Positions 1 through 10,300 of a stretch of DNA of 64,000 nt are shown here, piece after piece. The stretch lies in NCBI RefSeq assembly GCF_009914755.1, contig NC_060933.1; one strand, given 5' to 3'. The stretch comes from the human T2T-CHM13v2.0 reference genome, Homo sapiens. Within the stretch, counting starts at the first letter, position 1. Every line of letters starts with the position of its first letter. The notes under the pieces are model-generated. The model was not told the DNA's origin. It was given only the letters and a program-made list of their open reading frames with translations, and searched no databases. The translations under genes were made by a program, and so were the position numbers.

Positions 1-225
1 TCCTTGTTGGAAATGAGTAAAACTTCAGAAAAGGAGTTGTACAGCAAAATCAAACTTAGATCTCAACCAGATTTTGGGAGATCAGGGACTCTTTGCAGGG
101 GAGAAGCTCCACAACCTCAGCAAATTATCCTGTTGGTTTGGGCAATAAAGATAGCCCAGGTTGGTATCAATCAATAATGAGATTTATCAAAGGTCAGGAC
201 CACCTTTGTAATGTCATTCTCTGTC
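1..225. mobile_element. Probable ERV1 (MER4-group) internal fragment
   Basis: aacctcagcaaattatcctgttggtttg...gagatttatcaaaggtcagg resembles MER4-group internal sequence from memory; short and cut by the window edge. Confidence 0.3.
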
Positions 226-747
226 TTTTTTTTATCTTTATTGGTATATACGTTTTGTCGAAACTAGGGGTGCAACACCTGATTTTTTCTGTTTTCCATT
301 TGCTTGAAAGATTTTTCACCATTCCTTCATTTTGAGCCTATGTATGGCACTGCATGTGAGATGGGTTTCTTGGAGACGGCATACTCAAATGGGTCTTGGT
401 TCTTTATCCAGCTTGCCCCTCTGTGTCTTTCAATCGGAGCATTTAGCCAATTTCCATTTAAGGTTAGTAATCGTATGTGTGGATTAGATCCTGTCGTCAT
501 GCTGTCAGCTAGTTATTTTGCAGACTTGTGTATGTGGTTGGTTTTTAGCATTACTGGTCTGTGTACTTCGGTGCATTTTTGTAGTGGCTGGTGATGGTCT
601 TTTCTTTCCATATTTAGTGCTTCATTCAGGAGCTCTTGTAAGGTAGATCTGGTGATAATGAATTCTCTCAGCATTTGCTTGTCTGAAAAGGATCTTGTTT
701 CTCCTTCACTTATGATGCTTAATTTTGCTGGACATGAAATTCTGGGT

Positions 748-843
748 TGAAATTTCTTTTTCTTTTTTTAACCATTTATAATAACACCATGTTATTATAT
801 GGTATATCTGTCTCTGCCATACTATGTGAAATTTCTTTTCTTT
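748..843 (-). mobile_element. ~60-bp retroposed fragment with target-site duplication inside the L1
   Basis: tgaaatttctttt(t)cttt at 748-765 and 827-843 flanks non-L1 sequence with a T-run at the left end; the target reads TT/AAAG on the minus strand. Confidence 0.65.
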
Positions 844-3415
844 AAGAAGTTGAATATCTTTTCTGGCTTGTAGGGTTTCAGCTGAGAAGTCTGCTAAGTC
901 TGATGGAATTCCCTTTGCAGGTGACGTTGCCTTTCTCCCTAGCTGCCTTTAACATTGTTTCTTTCATTTTGACCTTGGAGAATCTGATGATTATATGTCT
1001 TGGGGATGATCTTCTCATGGCTTATCTTACTGAGGTTCTCTGGATTTCCTGAATTGGAATGTTGGCCTGTCTGGATAGGTTGGGGATATTTTCATGAATG
1101 GTATTCTGAAGTATGTTTTCCAAGTTGGTTCCATTCTCCTCATCTCTTTCACGTACACTAATCAGTCATGGATTTGGTCATTTATATAATCTCATATTTC
1201 TCGGATGTTTTGTTCATTCATTTTCCTTCTTTTTTCCCCCATTCTTGTCTGCCTGTTTTATTTCAGAAAGCCAGTTTTCAAGCTCTGGGATTCTTTCCTC
1301 TGCTTGGTCTATTCTGCTGGGTGGTCTTGCACATGAGATGGAGCTGGTCTGACCTCAGCCCTCCTTAGTCTGCTTGCCTCTCCCAGGACCCCAGCCTGGC
1401 CACACCTGCTTACAGGGCAATCTCGGGTGCCCACACACACTACAATAATTTTCATAATGCAATCACACATAATCACCATGTGACTGCATTATGAAAATTC
1501 TTGTAGTGTGCTTTTCAGCTCTATTAGTTCGGTTATGTCTTCTTTATACTTGCTATTTTGTCTGTTAGCTCGTGCAATGTTTTACAATGATTTTTAGCTC
1601 GCTTGTATTGCATGACAACATACTTCACTCAGTGAACTTTGTTCCTACGCATATCCTGAACCCTGCTTGTATCATTCCAGACATCTCAGCCTCAGCCCAG
1701 TTCTGAACACTTACTGGAGAGTGGATACAGTCATTTGGAGGAAAGAAGGCATGCTGACTTTTTGAGTTTTCAGTGTTCTCACACAGATTCTTTCTCATCT
1801 TTATGGGCTTATCCACCTTCCATCTTTGAGGTTGCTGACCTTCGGACAGGGTATTTTTCTTTTATTGTATTTGATGATCTTGAGGGTTTCATTGTGGGAT
1901 AAGGTGGATTCAACCAACTGGCTTTGTTTTTGGAGGATTTTAGGGGGGCCAATGTGCAGCACCCAATTCCTGGACTGTGTGCTTTAACTCTGGGGAACTC
2001 GTCTTGGGCCCCAACTTTGTTCTCTGGCTCTTGGAGGTTTGGAGTCCACTGCACTGAGGGGACCAAAGTGTGGCAACTGTGGCAGAATGCTAGTGGATGC
2101 AAAATTCCCTGCCTCCCTACGGGCGTTCACTCAGTGGTGGAGGCAAGACAGCTGGGGTGTGGGCCAGGGGCCCCCTGCTGTGTGTGCTGTTGCACTGGAG
2201 GTAGTGTTGGTTCAGGGTGGGCTGCTGGCCAGTGCAGGCCATGGTGCCTTCTCTGTGCCCCTCAAAGCAACAGTGGTCGCTCAGGGTATAAGAAGGTCCC
2301 TTTTTCTCTGCACAGCATTAGCTCAAGGGTGAGGTGCTGGCAGGGGTGGTGTTCTTGGTTCTGTGACCACCAAGGCTCTGTCTTCAATGGCAGTTGGTGT
2401 GGGTTGGTGGGTGTGCTGCACTCCCGTGTGCTGTCAGGGCAAGTACAGCAAAACCCACCTGTGTAAACACACACAGCAAAGTGATGTAGGAAGTTTCCAT
2501 ATAAAGGGCTGCAGTATGGAGAGGTAATTGCAGGCTGGTACGTGGCTGTTGGGGCCACCTTGCTTCAGATCTCCACTGATCAGGTATGGACCACTAGCAT
2601 GGAAGCTATGCTGTGGGCATCCGACAGTGCCCTGTAAGCAGGTGTGGCCAGGCTGGGGTCCTGGGAGAGGCAAGCAGACTAAGGAGTGCTGAGATCAGAC
2701 CAGCCCCATCTCATGTGCAAGACTGCCCAGCGGAGATCAGGTCTCAGAGGAGAACTCTCTCAAAAGTGAACCCCCAGCACAGCATAGCTGCTTTACACAA
2801 ACATGGCCAGGCTTCTTTTTTAAGCAAGTCCCCTTTTTGAAGAGGGGAACTCTTGGACCTGATCTCTGCTGGGCAATCTTGAACATGAGATGGGGCTGAT
2901 CTGAACTTAGCATTCCTAAAGTGCTGGGATAAAGTGTCTCACAAGGGCAAGTGGAGCCTAGAGAGATAGCTGTCCCTGCCCTCTGGGCTCCACATCACCT
3001 GACTTGCTGCTCCACCAGTCTGCTTGTCTCCTGGGTGCTCCATCCCAGAAAGATGTGAGTTAGCAATCACTGAGCGTAATCAGCCCAGGTTGGAGGGTCT
3101 GTGTTGTGAGCCTAAGCCAGGGTTCCCTCTCTGGTGATGAGCAGTGGGGAGTGTGTGGTACCCGTGGGAGATGGACTGGCTTGTTCATTGGGTCAACTGC
3201 AGCTTATTGGAGGTGTCGATATGGCACTTAGGGTCTTTGCTCCCTTGATATTCTGAGTGTAGCAAGGGCAGTTCCCCTGCAGAGGCAGTGGCAGAGAGAA
3301 TTTCATTTGCTCCTGGAAGCTCTGTCCAGGGAATTGCTGAGTTGCTACTGGCTTGATAGCTTCAGTGGTGGACTGGCTGCAGACCCAGGCCAGGAGGACC
3401 TGCCTATCAAGTAGA

Positions 3416-4318
3416 CTGGCCGGCCACTTTTCTGTAAGGCTGCTGTGGTATGCTGGGGGTCCCCTCCAGTCCCTAATTGCCTTTCCAGGGAAGATGATAG
3501 CTTGCCCCTTCCTCTGGGAGCTCTGTGCCACTGAGGTACGAACTTGTTGCCGATATGAGCACACCTATAAGATGTGACTGGAGACAAGTTGAGAAGTCTT
3601 ATCTAGTCAGGAGGAACAAGAACAGGGCCTTGCTTAAAAAAAAGTCTGGCCACGTTTTTCTAGAGCAGCTGTGCTATGCCAGGGGTTCACTTCCACTCCT
3701 GGTCGCCTCAGACACTCTGAAGCCCTAAGGCTGAAATGGCTAAGTTGCCCCAACAGCAAAGATGACAGTCTGGTCCTCTCCCTGGGAGCTCTGTCTCAGG
3801 GAGGCCTGAAACCTCTGTCGGCCAGAGAACAGCACTGAAGGTAGCTGGAGACCCTGGTTGAAAGGCTTCACCCGCTGATTAGAAATGTGGTCGGGGACTG
3901 ACTTAAACAAGAGTCTGGCCACGTTTTTGTAGTGTGTCTGTGCTGTGCTGAGGTTCCTCTTCCACCCCTTGTCACCTTGGGCTTTCCAAAGCCCGCAGGC
4001 CAGAACGGCTAGTCACCCAAACAGCAAAGGTGGTGGCCTGCCCCTCTCTCTGGGAGCTCTGTCCCAGGAACACTTCAAATTTCCATTGGCCAAGGAATGC
4101 TGGTGGCGGTAGCTGGAGGCCCCAGTTGGGAGGTCCTGTCCAGTGACATGGAACAGGGTCAGGGGCCTGCTTACAGAAGCAGCCTGGCCATGATTTGGTA
4201 AAACAGCTATGCTGTGCTGTGGGATCTCTTCTGCCCCTTGTCGGTTTGTACTCTCCAAAGCCCTCAGGCTGGAATGACTAAGTTGCCTGAAAAGGAAAGA
4301 TGGCGGCCTGCCCCATCT
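3416..4318 (-). repeat. Tandem ~269-bp monomers of the L1 5'UTR (3-4 copies)
   Basis: Marker (t/c)ctggcca(c/t)g recurs at 3645, 3914 and 4183 (period 269) with a shorter copy near 3421. Confidence 0.85.
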
Positions 4319-4689
4319 ATTCTCTCAGAGTTCATCTTGTTTGATGGAGCTTAATTTTTAGCCTGTTAATTTTACTGTCTACATTAGACTTGTTCAGAAA
4401 GAATCTGTTATCTTTTAGGTTAGATATATGAGAATTCATTGTTTTCTGTAAATAAACCTGTTCATGTCTTGTTCTCTGGAAAGAAATCTCTTTCAACTAT
4501 CTGACTTTGGTCACAGTCATGTAGAGCAGTAGCCAGTCTACAGTGACATAATTGAATTTCCACTTCCAGTGTTTCATTTTTGTGTCTTACATTGTACAGT
4601 TCAGAACTGCGCATTTGATTCCCAATTGTCAAAATGCTAAGCTGTCCACTGTACTGAAATACTGTTTTTGTTAATTCTTCGTCATTCAA

Positions 4690-5093
4690 TTTTTTTTAAG
4701 ATGTGCACTTTTATCCAACTTTTCTCAAGTCAGAGTACAGGTAAGCCCTGGCTGCCTCCAGCCACTCTCAGGGAGACCAAAACCCTTCATGCACTCCAAG
4801 TTGGGGTACAAAAAAGGGGGGCCATGAAGGCTAATCATTCAAAATAAAACAAAATTTAAAAGTATTAATGCAAAGATTTAAAAAAATTTGCATTATGTAA
4901 TTTACACAAAAGCAATGCTATCACCTACCATGTGTGAACTCGGGAGAGGACTGGGCCATTCTCCTTAGAGAGAAGTAGGGTGGCTTTTAGGAGGGCAAGG
5001 GGCTTCCTGAAACAATGCATCTCACAATATTTGGAATGACTATTGAAAAGAAGAACAATGTACCGTCAAAGTCCTTGGCGACATTGTAGAACT
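4690..5093 (-). pseudogene. ACTB: 5'-truncated ACTB retrocopy (distal 3'UTR only, short poly(A) remnant)
   Basis: Reverse complement matches the beta-actin 3'UTR (cttctctctaaggagaatggcccagtcctctcc; ggcagccagggcttacctgtac; taaaagtgcaca); T-run at 4690-4697; poly(A) signal reads GATAAA rather than AATAAA; no actin CDS. Confidence 0.92.
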
Positions 5094-5276
5094 AGCGGGT
5101 GCTGACCCCTGAGCCACAACCACAGTTCTGGGTTTGGGGTTTGGTAAAACCACCCCAGGGACAGAGTTCTGGGGCCGGGTTTGGGAGGAACCAAGGCGCC
5201 TCCCAGGGATGGTGTGTCACTCCTGCTTGCCATGAAACGTGCACACAGGCTGTCCCCCTGCCCATCACATCCTGCT

Positions 5277-6241
5277 GGACAGGACGGAGGAAGTGAGGGA
5301 ACAGGCAGTGTGGACAGCTGGGGTGCAGGGAGAGGCAGGTGCATGCTGGGAGGTCAGGACCTGTGAGGGCTGTGGGCTCATCAGGTGGAGTGGGCTCCAG
5401 GTGCACCCTCAGTGCACTGGGCAGGTCTCAGGCCAGGCTCCCTGGACCCCGGCTGGGTGATGTGGTCACTCCCTGGGGGACTGCTGTCAGACACTGGCCA
5501 CCCACCCTGGGCAGCACCGTCCCATCCCAGGACTGGACTTTCTGAGTCCTGAGACAGGACAGTGCTGCCCAGGCCTGACAGACTGGGAGGACCTGTTAAG
5601 TACTCCATCCCTAGACCAGCCTCCCAACAGCAGGAACAGTCTCCTACCTTTACCTTCAGGGCACTGACTGATCCATCTCATTCTAAGGCAACCAAGGCAG
5701 AGCTGAGGACCTGTGCCAGGCTGGGAGCCAGTCCTCTCCCTAAATGGGCCTTAGGGAAGCCTCATCCCTGTCCTAGTGCACTGCAAGTTTCAGCCCAGGA
5801 GACACATAGGGAAGGGAGTATGGGGCCTCCCCACTGGTTGACCCTGGAAAAGCAGGATCTGGGAGAAGAGGGAGTGCAGGGCTGGCAGGTGACGCTCCAG
5901 GCCCATGGAGAGCTCAGGCTGCACCAAGGGGCTGCCTCTCCTGGGCTGGAGGCTGTGCCCTCTGCAAGATCTGAGGAAGTCCAGTCCTGAGATGGGACAG
6001 TGCTACCTATGGTGGGTGGCCAGAGCCTGACAATAGTCCCCCAGTAAGTGACAACATCACCCAGCCAGGGTCCAGGGAGCCTGGGGCAAGACCTGCCCAG
6101 TGCACTGAGGGTGCACCTGGAGCCCACCCCACCTGATGCCCTCACAGCCCTCACAGGGTCTGACCTCCCAGCATGCACCTGCCTCTCCCTGAAACCCAGC
6201 TGCCCACCTTGCCTGTTCCCTGGCCGCCTCCATCCTGTGCA
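5277..6241. repeat. GC-rich inverted repeat, ~265-bp arms (5277-5541 and 5975-6241)
   Basis: Arms are reverse complements; the ORF track shows the same peptide on opposite strands (SGGVGSRCTLSALGRS...GSTVPSQDWT in 5339..5545+ and 5762..6457-). Confidence 0.92.
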
Positions 6242-6449
6242 GACCATAGACTGTGACCCTCTCTCCGGCCACTCTGGCCCTTCCTTTACCTTTGTCCTGT
6301 CAGAATCTCTGAGCAAGATCTCCCAGGTCCATCCAGACCTGCTTTGTCCACTTTTGACTGGGCCATTGAACACCACTGGGCCACCCCAGCTGTCCACAGC
6401 CTCCTCGATAACATGCATTTCCCCTGACATCTCCCAGCAGTGCTCAGCA

Positions 6450-7315
6450 GCCCCCACTGACTAGGTCCCTGCTGAGCAGATTCAGCATATCAGATCCTCC
6501 CTGACCACACCCTCACTGATTAGACCCCCTTCACCAGGCCTCACTAACTAGATTCCCGCTGCCAGGCCCACAATGACCAGGACTCCACTGACAAGGACCT
6601 TACTGACAAGGCCTCACTGGCAAGGCCTCACTGACCAGGTCCTTGCTGACAAGGCCTCACTGATCAGGTTCCACCGATCATGACCCCATTGCCTGCTCCC
6701 ACAGATGAAGCCCCACTCACCAGGCCTGCAGGGAATAGGCTGCCAGTGACCAGGCCCCTGCTAACCAGGCCTGAGGTGACTAGATGCCCCTGACCAGGAC
6801 CCTAATGAGTATGCCCCACTGAACAGGCATGCACTGCTCAGATCCCCGCTGACCAGGTCACCCCGTAGACCAGTGCTACAAAAGCCACCACTGATCAAGT
6901 CCTCTCTGGCCAGGCCTCCACTGATTAGGTTTCCACGGACCAGCCTGCCCTGACCAGGGCCCCACTGACAAGAGCCTCTGCTGACTAGGTCCCACGTGAC
7001 CAGGCCTCCACTGAATAGCACCCCTTGACCTGGTCACCAGTAACCCAGCCCAATCTGACAAGGCCACCACTAAGTACTAGCTGACAAGGTCTCCACTGAC
7101 CAAGTCCCACAGCCCAGGTTGGCATTGACCAGACACCAAATATTTGTCTGCCACTAGGAACCCACTCACCAAGACCTGCACTACTAGGTCCCTCTAATGA
7201 GACCCTCTCTAAGCAGACCCCTGCTGACGACCCCCCACTAAATAGGCCTCACTTACCAAGTCCTGACTGACTAGGTCCACTGAGCAGGCCCACACTGATC
7301 AGGCCCCTCCTGACC
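6450..7315 (+). repeat. Degenerate ~18-bp GC-rich tandem array (core CCCACTGACCAGG), copy 1
   Basis: Dozens of variants of ccccactgaccaggcc / cctcactgacaaggcc in tandem. Confidence 0.85.
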
Positions 7316-10300
7316 ATATCAGAAGGTCAGGTGGCAATGAGATGTTTCATATGGCAGGAGTAGGAGCAAGACAGAGAGAGGAAAGAGGTCTGACATCCTG
7401 TTAGACAATCAAATCACATGAGAACTCACTATCAGGAGATCAGCATCAAGAAGACTAACCAATGGTGAAGGATTCTTCACCCACACCACCGCCCACTGCT
7501 TCCAGGCAGAAGCCTCCTACAGAGGCAGACCCTCTTAGGAAACTTCCACTATGGCAGTGCAGAAGGAAAATATAGGCTTTGAGCCCCCACACAGGAGGCC
7601 ACCATCCTCCAGACTCCAGATTTGTAAGCCCACCAACAGCTCACACCCTCGGTATGGAAAAGCTACAGGCACTCAACACCAACCCAGCCCATGAGAGCAG
7701 CCATGGGGGCTACACCCTGCAAAGCCACAGGTGCACTGTCCTAGTAGAGGTTTCCCATGAGCCTCTGCCTCTGCAGCAGGTTACTCCCACTCTCCCACCA
7801 CCCTACTGACAACCTACTCCTCCCCACACTACCCCTCCTTTTCCTTCCACCCCAATCCCCTCCCATCCAAGATTTAATCACTTCCCACCTGGCCCACCTC
7901 CAACATTAAGGATGACACATGAGTTTTATAGGGACACACAGCCAACCCATATTATTCTGACCCTGATACCCCAGAACCTCAGGTCCTTCTCACAGAGCAA
8001 AACACAATCATGCCTTTTCAAGTTTCCAAAAGTCTTAACTCATTCCAAATGTAAAAATTTCAAAGTCTCATCTGAGACAAGGTTACAGTCCCTTCTGCCA
8101 ATGAGTCCCTGAATTTAAAAGGGATTTCTTTTAAGGTACAGCAGATATTGGGTAAGGTTTCTCAATCCAAATGGAAGAAATTCCCCAGAAAAATAACACA
8201 AATGCAAGTCCAAAACCCAGCAGGACAGTATTCACTCAATCTCAGAGCTCCAAAGTCATCAAGAGAACTCACTGTCATGCGGACAGAATTAAGGAGATAG
8301 TGTTTACCCATTTGTGAAGGATCTGCCCCCCCCACTCTCATCTTTCACTCCCACCCACAAAATAATCTCTCCCATTCTCCCCACACCCCTACCTCCAACA
8401 CCCGCTGTTCTCCATGATTAAATCACCTCCCACCAGGTCCCACCTTTAACATTCCCCACTACAATTCCACATGAGTATTGTTAGGGACACAGAATCAAAT
8501 CATATTATTCTGACTCTTGCTCCCCAAATCTTGTATCCTTGTCACACTGCAAAATACATTGATGACTTCTCTACTGCCCCCCAGTGACTGAACTCATTCC
8601 AGCATTTACTGAAATGTACAAGGACTTACAGACCCCATGCAAGTCAAAAACCCAGCAGGCCAGTCATTGAATCCTACAGCTCCAAATCATCTTTTCTGAA
8701 TCTATATCTCACATCTAGAGCAGAGGTGTGTGATGCCTGGGCTCCCAAGGCCTTGGGCAGCTCTGTGCCTGTGGCTGTGCAGGGTCTATTCCCCACAGCT
8801 GCCCTCATGGGCTGGGCTGGCGTTGAGTGCCTGTAGCTTTCCCACACTAAGGGTGCCAGCTGTTGGTGGGTCTATGAATCTGGAGTCTGGAGAATGGTGC
8901 CTCCATATTTAGGGACTCCAACCCTATAGTCTCCTTCTGTGCTGCCCTAGTAAAGGTTTCCCATGAGGCTCTGCCTCTTGGAGAAGATTCTGCCTGAACA
9001 CCCAGGTTTTTCCTTACATACTCTGGAGTCTAGACAAAGGCTCCCAAGCCTCTAGTTTTGTGCTCTGTGCAGCTGCTGGCTTAACACTATGTGGAAGCCA
9101 CCAAGGCTTGAAGCTTGCACCCCTGAAGCAGTGATGCAAGCTATACTTGTGCATCTTTCAGCCATGGCTGGAACTAGAGCTGCAGGGATGCAGGCAACAG
9201 TGTCTTGAGGCTGCACATAGAGGGGGGTCATGGAACTAGCCCAGGAAACCATTCTTCTCTCCTAGGTCCCAGGGCCTATGATAGCAAGGGCTGCTGCAAA
9301 GGTTTCTGAAATGGCTTCAAGGCCTTTTGCCTATTGTCTTGGCTATTAGCACTGGGCTCCTTTTCATGCAAATTTCTGAAGCCTTCCTCAGTTTTCCCCT
9401 GAAAATGAGCTTTTCTTTTTGACCATTTGGCCAGGCTGCAAATTTTTGAGTTCTGTTTCTCATTTAATATAAGAGTTGGGACTGATTTAATGTAAGACCC
9501 ATCCAGATGTCATTTCCTCAGTCACACATAAGGGCACAGGCTGTTTGATACAGACAGGACACCCCTTCAGCTTTGCTGCCCAGAAGTTCATTCCATCAGA
9601 TACTCAGTAAGTCATTACCCTCAAGTTCAAAGTTTCATAGATCTCCAGGGCAGGGTCACTGTGCAGCCATGTTGCAGCAAAACAAAAGTAACCTTGGCTC
9701 CTGTTTGCAGGAAGTTCCTCCTTTTCATCTCAGAGCTTCTCAATCTGATCTTTACTGTCTATTTTCCTATGAGCCTGCTGATCACAAGTATTTAACAATT
9801 CTTTACAAAGATCCAAACTTTCCCTCATCTCCGTGTCTTCGAAGTCCTCCAAACTCTCCCAAACTTCATCTGCTACCCCCTTCTGAACCTGCTTCTACAT
9901 TATCAGCTATCTTTGTTGCAGGCTGGCAATGTGGTAAAGGAAGACAAGCCCATTTTCTGGGGAAAAATTCAAGGAGGCTTCAGATACTTGAATGAAAAGA
10001 AGCTGAGTGCTGATTGCCAAGACATTAGGGAGAAGGCCTTGAAGACATTTAATAGATCCACTTTGCAGTCATAATTTGCTCCATGATCATAAAGAAAAGA
10101 GGTTTAATTGGTTAATGATTCAGCAGGCTGTAAGGAAGCATAGTGGCTTGTGCATCTGACAGGACTCAGGAAGCCTCACAATCGTACCAGAATGTCAAGG
10201 GGCAAGGAGATGTCTCATATGGCAAGAGTAGGAGCAAGACTGAGAAAGGAAAAAGTTGTCATGCCTCATTATACAAGCAGATCTCATGAGAACTCACTAT

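Larger units (their letters stand above)
250..4318 (-). mobile_element. Old LINE-1 (L1PB/L1P4-like), 5' half: 5'UTR, decayed ORF1 and start of ORF2
   Basis: Reverse complement of canonical L1 ORF1/ORF2 junction sequence (ctcagcatttgcttgtctgaaaaggat, gaatctgatgattatatgtcttgggga, ttttccaagttggttccattctcc); GC-rich monomeric 5'UTR at about 1850-4318; no long ORF remains. Confidence 0.9.

Noticed and set aside
250-4318. Full-length or active L1
   Set aside because: ORF1 is disrupted by insertions and stops, and ORF2 is truncated near position 250.
4690-5093. POTE-like ANKRD-actin fusion gene
   Set aside because: Only the distal 3'UTR of ACTB is present; there is no actin coding sequence and it lies about 25 kb from the last ANKRD exon.
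5762-6457. 231-aa ORF on the minus strand
   Set aside because: Non-ATG start, GC-rich, overlaps the inverted-repeat arm and shows no recognisable domain.
6450-7315. CRISPR-like array or repetitive-protein CDS (also 28240-28835)
   Set aside because: Repeats are degenerate and contiguous without unique spacers, the context is primate DNA, and no long ORF spans the arrays.
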